From a virus (lineage: Duplodnaviria; Caudoviricetes): a stretch of DNA of 64,000 nt. The notes under the pieces are model-generated. The model was not told where the DNA came from and searched no databases. It worked only from the letters and a program-made list of their open reading frames with translations. A program made the position numbers and the translations under genes. Below are positions 11,021 through 21,230 of this stretch, one piece after another. Location of the stretch: IMG/VR virus record IMGVR_UViG_3300020048_000009, positions 1 to 64,000 of that record. One strand, given 5' to 3'. Position 1 is the first letter of the stretch; each line of letters begins with the position of its first letter.

Positions 11021-11788
11021 ATGAAAGTAATAAACATAACAAATTTCAATATTTTTGAACAAACAATAGCATCAATTTTAAAATTGGTGCCACAGGCAAA
11101 ATTATCATTTAATTCAAATGGTATGAATATCCATGTTAAAGTCGATAATCAATATAGGGCATCAGTTTTTAGTAATTCTGCTGATTGCACTGAAGATGTA
11201 AGCTTTTGTTTTAATAATATTGCGTCTTTTTATAGTATTTTAAAACTAATAAAAACCGATCATAAGAAAACTGTACCTGAAATTGAAATGGGTTACGACA
11301 ATACTTTCCTACATATTAAATGTAAAAATTTAAAGACGCGTTTGATTACAGTTAAAGAGGAAATTGTCCAATCTAATGTTGCAAAACAAGTAGATATGCC
11401 GTTAACACCAGTTTTAGAATTTAAAACATCATCAGATTTGATTAAAACTATTATGAGTAATAGTTTTATTTTTACAGACAAGAATGAATCCCGCATATAT
11501 TTAAATCAACATCCAGATTTACAAAAAAATACTATTTATGCAGAGGTTACCAATAAAAATGCAAAACTTTCTAACATAATAACTACTAAATTGGGTGATA
11601 TTACTCTTGGTAAATTAGAGCAGGATCTTATTATAGATTTTAAACGTCTGGAAATTATTAATTTATTTAAATCCGATGAAATAACGGTTCAACTTATGGA
11701 TAAACCTGTATTAGTTACTAATTTAGCCTTAACAGATAAAGAACATTTTTCTAAATTTACGATATATGTTCTTTTAAGAAAAAATTAA
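11021..11788 (+). CDS. Probable sliding clamp (gp45/PCNA-like)
   Basis: 255 aa, two-domain beta-rich pattern, located next to primase; no diagnostic catalytic motif. Confidence 0.5.
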   Translation: MKVINITNFNIFEQTIASILKLVPQAKLSFNSNGMNIHVKVDNQYRASVFSNSADCTEDVSFCFNNIASFYSILKLIKTDHKKTVPEIEMGYDNTFLHIKCKNLKTRLITVKEEIVQSNVAKQVDMPLTPVLEFKTSSDLIKTIMSNSFIFTDKNESRIYLNQHPDLQKNTIYAEVTNKNAKLSNIITTKLGDITLGKLEQDLIIDFKRLEIINLFKSDEITVQLMDKPVLVTNLALTDKEHFSKFTIYVLLRKN

Positions 11789-11802
11789 AGTTTATATTTT
11801 TT

Positions 11803-12801
11803 ATGTATCAGCTTGATTTAGACCAATCTACATGGTTGTGGGAGCAACTTCGTCCTTATATACCAATAAATTCAAAAATTACTGGTTATGATGTCAATAT
11901 TCCATGTCCTTTTTGTCAAGAAGCCATTTATGCTAAAAAAAGAGGTACACGTCGTGGACATTATTATATAAATACTCAGAGTTATTATTGTTTTAGATGT
12001 GATTTATGGACACATGGCATCAAATTATATTCTACGTTATCAGGCAAAGATGAAGCGGAAATCAGACCTGAGTATTTTAGGTTTAAATATAGCAGTAATA
12101 ATCTAACCGCTAGTCCAAATGTATCTTCTATAATAGATAAAAATACAAAAATTATTCAATATAATGAAATTCCAAAAATTTTAAAGAATAATTTGTCAGA
12201 TAAAGCTAAAGAATATCTAAAATCTAGAAAAATTTATGAATCCCCTGGCTTATCAAAAGATTTTAAATTTTATTCTGCTAAAAATAAAGTAAATGAGTTT
12301 TTAGTAATACCTTGGTATTTTAATGGTGAAGAATGTTATTACCAATTAAGAGATATTGATAATGTATTAGATACTAAATATTTATTTCCTAAAGGACTAG
12401 ACAAAGCAGTTTTTAATTTAGATAATATTGATACAACATTTCCCTATATCATTTGTTTTGAAGGCGTTTTTGATTCTATTTTATGTTATAACGGTGTTGC
12501 TCTTGGTGGTAAGGCTTTAACTGAATATCAAAAATGGATGATTTCTGTTAGATATCCTAGACATAAAATTGTATTTGCTTTGGACTATGATAAAGCAGGT
12601 CTTGAGCGTACAGAGAAAATTATAAAAGATTCCCCTAATTATTTATTTTTAAATTGGTTTCCGTATGTGAATAAGTGTAAAGATTTAAATGAATATTTCT
12701 GTGAATATAATAAAATACCGTTTTATGATAAAAAGTTATTAGAGGAAAATATTATAGGTAGTTTATCTATGCAGATTTTATTACCGACACTTAAGGTTTA
12801 A
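11803..12801 (+). CDS. DNA primase (gp61-like)
   Basis: Zinc finger CPFC...CFRC; Toprim motifs FEGVFD, ALDYD.AG, KDLNE. Confidence 0.88.
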   Translation: MYQLDLDQSTWLWEQLRPYIPINSKITGYDVNIPCPFCQEAIYAKKRGTRRGHYYINTQSYYCFRCDLWTHGIKLYSTLSGKDEAEIRPEYFRFKYSSNNLTASPNVSSIIDKNTKIIQYNEIPKILKNNLSDKAKEYLKSRKIYESPGLSKDFKFYSAKNKVNEFLVIPWYFNGEECYYQLRDIDNVLDTKYLFPKGLDKAVFNLDNIDTTFPYIICFEGVFDSILCYNGVALGGKALTEYQKWMISVRYPRHKIVFALDYDKAGLERTEKIIKDSPNYLFLNWFPYVNKCKDLNEYFCEYNKIPFYDKKLLEENIIGSLSMQILLPTLKV

Positions 12802-13921
12802 CTCTTTGTTTATCTGCAGTATCTTTTAAATATTTTGCTATCTCATCATATCCGTTATCTATAGCTATTCGTACTGCATAATTACTATCTGCGTATATAT
12901 CTGCTCCCTTTTCAACAAGATATTTTACTATTTCTAAATGTCCATTATATGCTGCCCATCTTAAAGGTCGGTTATTATTAGTATGAATATCCGCTCCCTG
13001 TTCAACAAGATATTTTACTACTTCAAAATGTCCATTTTTTGCAGCATATCTAAGGGCTTCCTCTTCAAAAATATGAATATCTGCACCTTTTTCTACTAAA
13101 TACGTCACAACTTCTAAATTTCCCCTATGCGCCGCAATTCGTAAGGCGTAATCAAAATTATGGTGAATATCCGCTCCTTTTTCTATACATTCTTTAATTT
13201 TTTCAACAGGTTCTCCTTTTTCTGCATAAACCTGTAAATGTAGTGTTGAAATATATTGAATATATCCTTTATCGTTAATATCATATTCATAATATTTAAT
13301 ATATGGAATAAAATAATCAATGCCTTTAATTACCTTTTGATCTATCTCCGTATCAGCAGTATTCCAACATTCTAAGATATTATCAGTGTCTACTAAAATG
13401 GCAATTTTGTTTAAATTACCCCTTTTTTTATTTTTCCCAATTAAAAAATAAATTCTACGGTCACCTTTATAATAATAAGTATTCCAATATTTAATATTAT
13501 CCGTACTTATACACCACTCAGTAGAGTATCCTTTATAAAATCTACCTAACTCCTTGGATGCATCGTACGAATCTACTTTCCAGAGTTCATATTCATCGTT
13601 TTCAGCAATTTTTATACCTTTACCATCTTTAGTGGTAACCGCCTTATATTTTTGTTCTGTTTTTTTCTCAGTATTAGATTTATAATTTTCTACAAAAGAC
13701 TTAAACTCCTCAAAAGGCTTTTTGAACCAAAAATTTATATCGTTTTGCGGCGGAGTTGTTTTTAATCGAATATTTATCCAAAAATTTTCTAATATATGTA
13801 AAAGATCATTTTCTGGTATATCTTTCCATATAGCTCTTGCTTTAATTTCTATTTTATTAGAAATTTCTTCTAATATTAGTTGATTATATGCAGTACAAAT
13901 TGTTTCATTATAATATTTCAT
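12791..13921 (-). CDS. Ankyrin-repeat protein, paralog of 2103..3218
   Basis: ALR.AA..GH.EVVKYLVE.GADIH repeats; shared N-terminal domain. Confidence 0.85.
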   Translation of the reverse strand: MKYYNETICTAYNQLILEEISNKIEIKARAIWKDIPENDLLHILENFWINIRLKTTPPQNDINFWFKKPFEEFKSFVENYKSNTEKKTEQKYKAVTTKDGKGIKIAENDEYELWKVDSYDASKELGRFYKGYSTEWCISTDNIKYWNTYYYKGDRRIYFLIGKNKKRGNLNKIAILVDTDNILECWNTADTEIDQKVIKGIDYFIPYIKYYEYDINDKGYIQYISTLHLQVYAEKGEPVEKIKECIEKGADIHHNFDYALRIAAHRGNLEVVTYLVEKGADIHIFEEEALRYAAKNGHFEVVKYLVEQGADIHTNNNRPLRWAAYNGHLEIVKYLVEKGADIYADSNYAVRIAIDNGYDEIAKYLKDTADKQRVKP

Positions 13922-13966
13922 GTTTTTATTTATTAGATATTAGAAAATTAAATAAATAAAATAAAT

Positions 13967-14803
13967 ATGAAAACCTATAATTATAATAAAGAACTATTAG
14001 TTGCCACAGCACAGATGCGGATGTTATTTAATAACGTCATGGTTAAGCGTGAGGATGGTACAGAAATTCTTGTAAAATGTCTTAATGGACAAAGATCTAG
14101 AATATCTAAAATATTACAAAATCCCGATTCTGCTAATTTTACTCTTCCTTTAATTATAATTACACGTGGTAATATCATAAGAGATGATGCTAGAATAGCT
14201 AATCCACATGATAATATTATGCGTTCGACTATGCCCTATATAAGTTCACCTAATATTATACCCCCTGTTAATATAAGTATTCAATATAAAGTATCCATTA
14301 TTACTAAATATCCTAATGATATGGATATTATATTAAGTAATATCATTCCATTTTTCAATAGAGACGTTTATGTAAGTTCACCACATCCAAAATTACCTGG
14401 AAGAACTTTAAATCATCAGATTATATGGAGTGGTACAATTGATGATAATTGGCCTTCTCAATTAGATTCATCAAAAGATGATATACAAATATGTAATACT
14501 TCATTTGATTTTAAAACTGAATTATTTGGTGGAGAAACCCAAATATCTGATAATCAGGGTATGATTTTATATATAGATTTAACGCTATCTCCTGCAACAA
14601 CAGCTCATCCTGGAAGTTACAGTACTAGTGGTGACAATATTATGTCAGGATTTTATCCTGTTCCATATTCTCAGGAATTTTCAGATTATATGGATAAAAT
14701 TATAACAAATCAAATATTAAATCCAGAACGAGACGAATTACATTTTACTGCACCTATTTTAACGGGTACACTACCTCCTAGTGGATGGGATCCTTCAACA
14801 TAA
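13967..14803 (+). CDS. Tail terminator/sheath stabilizer, T4 gp15-like
   Basis: ..A....LFNN.....; TLP.I.I.R..I..D..R; PVNI...VSI.TKY..DMD.I..NIIPFF. Confidence 0.75.
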   Translation: MKTYNYNKELLVATAQMRMLFNNVMVKREDGTEILVKCLNGQRSRISKILQNPDSANFTLPLIIITRGNIIRDDARIANPHDNIMRSTMPYISSPNIIPPVNISIQYKVSIITKYPNDMDIILSNIIPFFNRDVYVSSPHPKLPGRTLNHQIIWSGTIDDNWPSQLDSSKDDIQICNTSFDFKTELFGGETQISDNQGMILYIDLTLSPATTAHPGSYSTSGDNIMSGFYPVPYSQEFSDYMDKIITNQILNPERDELHFTAPILTGTLPPSGWDPST

Positions 14804-14807
14804 AATA

Positions 14808-14835
14808 TTGAAAAAGTCATATTTTAGGGTATAAT
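14808..14835 (+). promoter_or_regulatory. Sigma70-like promoter upstream of uvsX
   Basis: TTGAAA-N16-TATAAT. Confidence 0.5.
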
Positions 14836-14867
14836 TTATTTAAGATTTAATACAAATGGAGAAATAA

Positions 14868-16712
14868 ATGAGCCTTAGAACGATGATAAATGCCGTCCGT
14901 AAAAAAACAGAATCAGTTTCCTTAAAAGAATCGCCATATGCAAAACCAACAGGGTATATTGATACAGGGTGTTATGCATTAAATAGAATTGTTTCTGGTG
15001 ATGTATTTCTAGGAATTCCTGAAGGCCGTATTACTACATTTTATGGTGAATCTGGTTGTACTCCCGATACAGCAATAGTAAACGTTCTAGTAAAATATTC
15101 AGATAGAATAAAAAATTATTTAAATCCTCTTCCCGAACGATCAGCTTTAGATTATAATAATTTTGATGCTAAACAAAGTTTACAATGTTTATTAAATATC
15201 GGATTTAGTCAAAAAGAATTGGCCAAAGAAATGGGATTATCCCGTTTATCTATTAGAAGAATAGTTACAAGTAAAACACAAAAAATTAATAAAAATACTC
15301 TTAATAAAATTAATAATTTTATTATTAGAAATTTATATGTGTGTACTATTGCCGGTGTTGAAAAGATAAGAGCTATTACTAAAGACTTTTTAATTAAAAC
15401 ACCTGATGGTTTTCAGGCATCTTCCCAAACTTTCCAAAAGGGACTTAAACATTGTATTAAAATTACAACTGAATATGCATTTATTACAGTTGTTTCTGAT
15501 GACCATGCATTTATTGGAAAAGATAACGAATGGATTTTTGCTGCTAATGTAATAGTTGGAACAGAATTACTAACAGAATTAGGTTTAGATAAAGTAGTTT
15601 CAATAGAAGATGCTGGAATGTTAGAATGTTTTGATATTAGTATTGAACATTCAGAACATAGATATTTTGTTGATGGCTTCGCTGCACACAATTCAGGTAA
15701 ATCAAGAGTTGTAGCACAGATTATTATTAATGCTCTAACAAAAAATAATTACGATTATGTTTTCTACTGTGATTCTGAAGGTGGTGGTTTATATGATTTG
15801 ATTACCAATTCTGGTGTTGATACTGGTAAAATTGAACATGTATTATTACCTAATATTGAAGAGGCTTTAGTTAAAATGCTTAATATTTATGCAAGTATTA
15901 AAGAAGAAATTAAAGAATGTAAAGAAAAAGGAACACCTGCTCCTAAATGTTTAATGGTATTAGATTCTTTTGGTATGCTTGTTTCAAATAAAACATATGA
16001 TGATGCCGTTGAAAAAGGTAAACAGGTTTCAGACATGGGATTAAAAGCCAAACTTAAAAACGACTTTATTAAATCTATGATGATACCTTCTATTATGACT
16101 AATACTGCGCTTATTGTTATTAACCATATTTATGACAATCCTGGCGCAATGTATTCTACTAAAATTAAAGATCAACCAGGTGGTAAAGGTTTACAGTTCG
16201 CTTCACATATTATTGTGCAAACAGCTAAATCATTGGCTAAAGATAAAATTGATGGTTTAGATGAAGGTCAGTCTTACTTTAAGGGTAATGAAATAACTTA
16301 TTTTACCGCTAAAAATCGTTTAGTTAAATTAGGATATGAAGCTAAAATGATGGTCGATCTAAATACCGGAACAAATAAATGGGATGGTCTATTAGATGAG
16401 GCTCGTCGTTTAGGATATATTCAAGGTGGAGCTTCTGGTAGATATTTAGTACCTACATATTCAGAAAAGTCACTTACTATGAAAGAACTTATGGCTACTG
16501 ATGATGCATGGATGTCGTTCTTAACAGCTTTCAATGAACGTAGTAAAAAAGATATGCAATATGGTACTGAAATGGAAGCGGTTTTAGCCAATAAGCCTTT
16601 AGAAGATGAAGCACTTATAGAAGAAATTGATGCTGATGGTTTACTAACAGATGTTGTAACAGTTGTTGAACCAGAAGTACCTATTAAAATTAAAACATCT
16701 AAAAAGGTTTAA
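14868..16712 (+). CDS. uvsX: UvsX/RecA-like recombinase, intein-containing
   Basis: IDTGCYALN..VSG; P-loop GESG|SGKS split by an intein; LDSFG, INHIY, GGKG..FASH. Confidence 0.9.
   Translation: MSLRTMINAVRKKTESVSLKESPYAKPTGYIDTGCYALNRIVSGDVFLGIPEGRITTFYGESGCTPDTAIVNVLVKYSDRIKNYLNPLPERSALDYNNFDAKQSLQCLLNIGFSQKELAKEMGLSRLSIRRIVTSKTQKINKNTLNKINNFIIRNLYVCTIAGVEKIRAITKDFLIKTPDGFQASSQTFQKGLKHCIKITTEYAFITVVSDDHAFIGKDNEWIFAANVIVGTELLTELGLDKVVSIEDAGMLECFDISIEHSEHRYFVDGFAAHNSGKSRVVAQIIINALTKNNYDYVFYCDSEGGGLYDLITNSGVDTGKIEHVLLPNIEEALVKMLNIYASIKEEIKECKEKGTPAPKCLMVLDSFGMLVSNKTYDDAVEKGKQVSDMGLKAKLKNDFIKSMMIPSIMTNTALIVINHIYDNPGAMYSTKIKDQPGGKGLQFASHIIVQTAKSLAKDKIDGLDEGQSYFKGNEITYFTAKNRLVKLGYEAKMMVDLNTGTNKWDGLLDEARRLGYIQGGASGRYLVPTYSEKSLTMKELMATDDAWMSFLTAFNERSKKDMQYGTEMEAVLANKPLEDEALIEEIDADGLLTDVVTVVEPEVPIKIKTSKKV
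15057..15692 (+). mobile_element. 212-aa intein in the UvsX P-loop, no LAGLIDADG endonuclease, contains an XRE-like HTH
   Basis: Starts with Cys (CTPDT), block B VSDDH, block F CFDISI...YFVDG, ends HN followed by Ser. Confidence 0.9.
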
Positions 16713-16717
16713 TAGTT

Positions 16718-17113
16718 ATGGCAAGACCTAAAAAAAGTACAGAATCTGATATACAATCTGAAACAATAGAAAAAACAACAGGCTCAATGCCTGTTGAACT
16801 TCCTATACCAAATATATTAGAAATATTTGGATATTATACTAAAGATCAAATTGAACACTTTATACAAAAAGCATATGACTATGATATGTTTAAAAAGATA
16901 GATAAAAGTTTGTTCACGCCGAAGGACTTATTATGTATAATTGGTGTATTGAACACGGAGTTGACCAACAGTAAAAATTTAATAGAAGCTAAAAATAAAG
17001 AAATAGAAAATATACAAAATTTTTATAAAAAACAAAGTCTTAAACCTATTTCCAGAGAAGATGCGTTAAAAGTATTAACAAATACTGATAGTTGGGCTCC
17101 ACAAGCCTGGTAA
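16718..17113 (+). CDS. Hypothetical protein
   Basis: ORF in operon between uvsX and helicase. Confidence 0.6.
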   Translation: MARPKKSTESDIQSETIEKTTGSMPVELPIPNILEIFGYYTKDQIEHFIQKAYDYDMFKKIDKSLFTPKDLLCIIGVLNTELTNSKNLIEAKNKEIENIQNFYKKQSLKPISREDALKVLTNTDSWAPQAW

Positions 17114-17117
17114 ATTT

Positions 17118-18557
17118 ATGGAACAAAATAACAAAAAAATAATAAAAAATACGGCCGAATTGGATTTTTCACCAGATTATATAGAAAAAATATTTCTTAA
17201 TAAAGTTTTTTATAATAGGGAATATGTAGTTTTAATTAGTAATATATTTGATAAACGTTGGTTTATATCTTCAGAAATTGGAGATATTATATCCTTAAGT
17301 TTGTCTTTTTACAAAAAATATGATAAACTTTTAAATAAAACAGTATTAGCCAATCTGATTAATAAATTTTGTGATACGACCAATAATGATATTGAAAAGT
17401 ATAATAGTGTTATATCAGAATGTATTTTTACAAAATTCGATATTGATGAAACTTGTATAAAAAACAATATTATCAATTATATTAAAACTAGAAGTACATT
17501 TTTTGCTATTTTTGATAATGCCCAGGATATAGAAAAAAGAAATGATATTTCAAAATGTTTAAAACGTTTAGAAGCAATTAATACGATTTCTTTTGATGAA
17601 GGATTAGGTTTTAATTATTTTAACGATTTAGCAAAACATATTGATTATATAAAAAACCCCGAGTCTCGTCTATCGCTTGGTTTACGCTGGTTAGATGAGG
17701 TCACGAATGGCGGGTTGTTACGAGATGGCAAATGCCTTGCCGTATTTATGGCTCAACCTGGGTTAGGTAAGTCACTCCTATTAGCGAACGTCGCATATAG
17801 ATTTTTAAAGCAAGATAAAACTGTTGTAATTATTTCATGTGAAATGTCTGAGAATGTATATGGTAGACGTATAGACTCTCTTATTTCTAATGATAATATT
17901 GATACACTACAATATACATATGAATCTACTTTTGCAAAAATTAGACATTTTAAAGAACTTCATCCTAATGCAACCTTATGTATTAAAGAATATCCACCTA
18001 GAACAATTAGATCAATAGATATTAAACTGTATATTGATAGCTTGATTGCAAAGGGCATAAAACCTGATGCGATTATTGTAGACTATCTCAATCTTGTTCT
18101 ACCGAATAATGAAGCAACTGGTGATACTACTTATGCAAAAGTGTTACAAGCCGGTGAAAATCTTAGAGCTTTATCTTATATTTATTCTTGTCCTGTTTTA
18201 ACGGCTACTCAGACAAACAGCGAAGGTATTAATAACGGTGAAGTAGGATTACAACATACATCGGAATCTCGTGGTACTGGACATACAGGCGATCTTATTT
18301 TAGCCCTATATCAATTGGATGATGATATTGAAAACGGTATTATTAATATTAAGATATTAAAAAATAGATTAGGTGGAAAACATGGAAAAGTTCATCCATT
18401 TAAATTAGATGCTAAAACCTTAAGATTAGATGATGAAATGTCCGATGCAATTGAAATGAATGATAATAATGATACTAATAACACAAATGTGGTGTCAATT
18501 GATAATGAAGATGTTATAATGAATTTAGATGATTTAAATATTAAAGGTTTAAGGTAA
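17118..18557 (+). CDS. Replicative DnaB-like helicase (gp41-like)
   Basis: AQPGLGKS, ISCEMSE, IKEYPP, IVDYLNL, TATQTN, SESRG, KNRLGG. Confidence 0.9.
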   Translation: MEQNNKKIIKNTAELDFSPDYIEKIFLNKVFYNREYVVLISNIFDKRWFISSEIGDIISLSLSFYKKYDKLLNKTVLANLINKFCDTTNNDIEKYNSVISECIFTKFDIDETCIKNNIINYIKTRSTFFAIFDNAQDIEKRNDISKCLKRLEAINTISFDEGLGFNYFNDLAKHIDYIKNPESRLSLGLRWLDEVTNGGLLRDGKCLAVFMAQPGLGKSLLLANVAYRFLKQDKTVVIISCEMSENVYGRRIDSLISNDNIDTLQYTYESTFAKIRHFKELHPNATLCIKEYPPRTIRSIDIKLYIDSLIAKGIKPDAIIVDYLNLVLPNNEATGDTTYAKVLQAGENLRALSYIYSCPVLTATQTNSEGINNGEVGLQHTSESRGTGHTGDLILALYQLDDDIENGIINIKILKNRLGGKHGKVHPFKLDAKTLRLDDEMSDAIEMNDNNDTNNTNVVSIDNEDVIMNLDDLNIKGLR

Positions 18558-18558
18558 T

Positions 18559-18876
18559 ATGATGAATTTTAATTTAGAAGCAAATACAAGTGATATGTCG
18601 GAAAAGAATTTAGATAAAGAACAAATATTTAAATATTTGAATGATACCTTTAATTTAAATACTATACCTGAAAAGAAAATTAAAAAATATATTTTAGAGT
18701 TTTTATCAAAACATAAAGTCATAATAGATATATTAGATCTTTTTAATATAACTGAAGAATATTTCATAGAAATATTAATATCAAAATATGCAAATATTTT
18801 TACTCCAAAGTTCGTAAAAGATTATCGTAAAATTTTAGTTAATCGCAAAAAGATAATTAGAAAAAATGTTAAGTGA
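18559..18876 (+). CDS. Hypothetical protein
   Basis: ORF in replication operon. Confidence 0.55.
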   Translation: MMNFNLEANTSDMSEKNLDKEQIFKYLNDTFNLNTIPEKKIKKYILEFLSKHKVIIDILDLFNITEEYFIEILISKYANIFTPKFVKDYRKILVNRKKIIRKNVK

Positions 18877-19555
18877 TAATATACAAGATATTAATTTTAA
18901 TCAAATTAATTTAGATAATAATATTAATCAGTTGTATAATGATTTTTATTTTTTATATATGTTAAAAAATAAAAATATTTATATTTCTAGAAATAATAAT
19001 TATAAAGATAGAAAAAAAGATAAACCAAATGAATGGTTTTTATTTGAACGTTTATATAAAATTTGTGATGAGAATAAATTTAATCCATTTAATTATATAA
19101 AGTATGTCATATATCATACCCCTGCTAAATTATCGATTAGAGATTTTTTAAGTATAAAATATATTAGAGAATATAATGAGTTTAAAGAAGTAGAAACTAA
19201 GTATTTGAATATTAAAAAATATATTGATAAAAGTATTACTAATATATTAGAACTATGCAAAGAAAATAATTATGGTACCTTTTTTGAATTTTTAAAATCT
19301 TCAATAAAAGAACAAAAATTAATGATTTATGTTAAGGGTGGATTAATTTCAAGATATGCAATATGTTTAATACCCGAAATTCTTAAATTTTCAAAATTTT
19401 TCAATATTGAATCTAAAACTGAATTTGATAGCTTAATTGGGACACAATACGAGAAACTATATAATGATGCAAAAAATGCATTAGCATATTTAAATTGTCC
19501 AGAATATATAAATATTCATATTTATATCAAAAAAATGTTGGAAAATGATAAATAA
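18866..19555 (+). CDS. Hypothetical protein (position next to SSB would suit a gp59-like helicase loader)
   Basis: 229 aa, basic and helical, directly upstream of gp32-like gene; homology not demonstrable by eye. Confidence 0.4.
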   Translation: MLSDNIQDINFNQINLDNNINQLYNDFYFLYMLKNKNIYISRNNNYKDRKKDKPNEWFLFERLYKICDENKFNPFNYIKYVIYHTPAKLSIRDFLSIKYIREYNEFKEVETKYLNIKKYIDKSITNILELCKENNYGTFFEFLKSSIKEQKLMIYVKGGLISRYAICLIPEILKFSKFFNIESKTEFDSLIGTQYEKLYNDAKNALAYLNCPEYINIHIYIKKMLENDK

Positions 19556-19566
19556 AATAGTATAAT
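19538..19566 (+). promoter_or_regulatory. Sigma70-like promoter for SSB gene
   Basis: TTGGAA-N17-TATAAT. Confidence 0.55.
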
Positions 19567-19592
19567 TGATATTACTAGTTGATATTTGTTAT

Positions 19593-19637
19593 ACTAACTA
19601 AATAAAAACTAAACAAGAAACTAACTAAAGGAACTAA
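19593..19637 (+). repeat. Six ACTAA repeats in the SSB gene leader
   Basis: ACTAA at 19593, 19597, 19608, 19620, 19624, 19633. Confidence 0.7.
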
Positions 19638-19641
19638 AATT

Positions 19642-20784
19642 ATGCCTATATTAGCCGATACAATGCCTAAAAACTCAAAGTCCGCTGGACAAACTAAACC
19701 TTCAATCGCTTTAAGACTTAAACAAACCGAAGGTAAAAATGTATACGTAGTACGTTTACTATTAACAGAACCCGAAAAAACAATTCCTGGTACAATTCCT
19801 AGAGATCATCCATTTATTGAAAAGAATGTGCATGAAGCATGGGGTAAAGACGCCGATGGTAAGAGTACATTTCAAGGGTGGGTAACTTGCCCGACAACTA
19901 AATACGTTAGACCAACACTTGGTGCTAAAGTAAATCCTAAAGAATATTGCCCGATTTGTAGATATGTCGATTCTAATTTCGTCGCATATAAAAATTCTGG
20001 TTGGAAAGATAAACAAGCTCAAAAAGTTATAAATTCGTTTAAAACGCTTAAACTCGTTGCAATTCCATTATATGTAGTTCGTGATCCACATGAAGTTGCA
20101 AATAATGGCAAAGCTAAAGTTTTACTTTTAAAACTAAAAGATAAAAATGATGAACTATTTTATAACAATTTAAATGCTTTAATTAAGGCACAACAGCTTA
20201 AGACTAAAGTATTTAATGGTAGCGCACAAGCCGTAGATTTGTGGATTTCTGTAAAAGAAGAAACTACTGTTTATAAAGAAGGCACACCTGAAGAAAAGAA
20301 ATATACTAAAACTCGTCCCGATAGAATTGGTTTTATTGCTAAACCTCATGAAATTCCTGCCATTACAAATGAATTGGTAAGTAATTTCCCCTATGACGAA
20401 GATTATTATACTTCTTCTACTCTTGAAGAATTGACAAAGTTTTATAATGATTATGTTGTTCCATCAGGAGCCGTTACAATAGATGGTCATGACTTAAATG
20501 ATATGATCGATATGGATGGTGATGGTACAGCGAGTTTAGAAATTCCAGCTGCATCAAGTGGAATGCAAAATGAAGGTGATTCAGAAATGGATAATCTATC
20601 AATTGATACTGATGCTATTATTGAAAATGCAAAGCAAGAAGTATCTAAACCACAAACAGCTGTAACTAAAACTCCTGAAGTAGCACCAGTTGTTCAATCA
20701 ACAGAACCAGTAGTAGAACCCGAAGTAGATGAAATGGCGAATGTTAACTTAGATGAGTTAATTGCAGGTTTAGAAGTAAAGTAA
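19642..20784 (+). CDS. Single-stranded DNA-binding protein (gp32-like)
   Basis: VVRLL, H......H, TCP...CPIC zinc site, long acidic C-terminal tail ending LDELIAGLEVK. Confidence 0.75.
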   Translation: MPILADTMPKNSKSAGQTKPSIALRLKQTEGKNVYVVRLLLTEPEKTIPGTIPRDHPFIEKNVHEAWGKDADGKSTFQGWVTCPTTKYVRPTLGAKVNPKEYCPICRYVDSNFVAYKNSGWKDKQAQKVINSFKTLKLVAIPLYVVRDPHEVANNGKAKVLLLKLKDKNDELFYNNLNALIKAQQLKTKVFNGSAQAVDLWISVKEETTVYKEGTPEEKKYTKTRPDRIGFIAKPHEIPAITNELVSNFPYDEDYYTSSTLEELTKFYNDYVVPSGAVTIDGHDLNDMIDMDGDGTASLEIPAASSGMQNEGDSEMDNLSIDTDAIIENAKQEVSKPQTAVTKTPEVAPVVQSTEPVVEPEVDEMANVNLDELIAGLEVK

Positions 20785-20804
20785 TAAGTAATAAGTAATA
20801 AAAA

Positions 20805-21230
20805 ATGAATGTATTAGATAAAGACTTAGTATTTGATAGTAAATACACTAATGACGATGGTACTGTGAATACACAATCATCAATTATTTTAACAGCAGAT
20901 GAATTTAATCGTGTTAATAAAGAATATAGTGATATATTCAAATTATTAGAACGTGATATTACTGCTGATAATAATGTTGCTCCTGAATTGGTTAAATGTT
21001 TGAATGCTATAAAAACTAAATTTAATTTAGAAAATAATGGTGTTATTAATTCATATAATCTATCTTTTGGTGCAATATTATCAATAATGGAAACCTTTGA
21101 TAAAACATTAAGAGCGGTTATTGGTGTTCTTAAACAGACAGCAGTAGCTGAAAAAAATGGTGGAGTTATTCCCTCGGGTGTTACTGAGGGACCCTCTACA
21201 GCGGAAATAGTATCAGATGGGAAAGAATAA
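20805..21230 (+). CDS. Hypothetical protein
   Basis: Open frame, overlaps next gene. Confidence 0.6.
   Translation: MNVLDKDLVFDSKYTNDDGTVNTQSSIILTADEFNRVNKEYSDIFKLLERDITADNNVAPELVKCLNAIKTKFNLENNGVINSYNLSFGAILSIMETFDKTLRAVIGVLKQTAVAEKNGGVIPSGVTEGPSTAEIVSDGKE

Noticed and set aside
2103-13921. Diversity-generating retroelement (template/variable repeat) between the two ankyrin paralogs
   Set aside because: Differences are spread over all bases and look largely synonymous rather than adenine-specific; no reverse transcriptase seen
20779-20800. Short AAGTAAT tandem repeat after the SSB gene
   Set aside because: Three copies in AT-rich DNA, consistent with simple slippage
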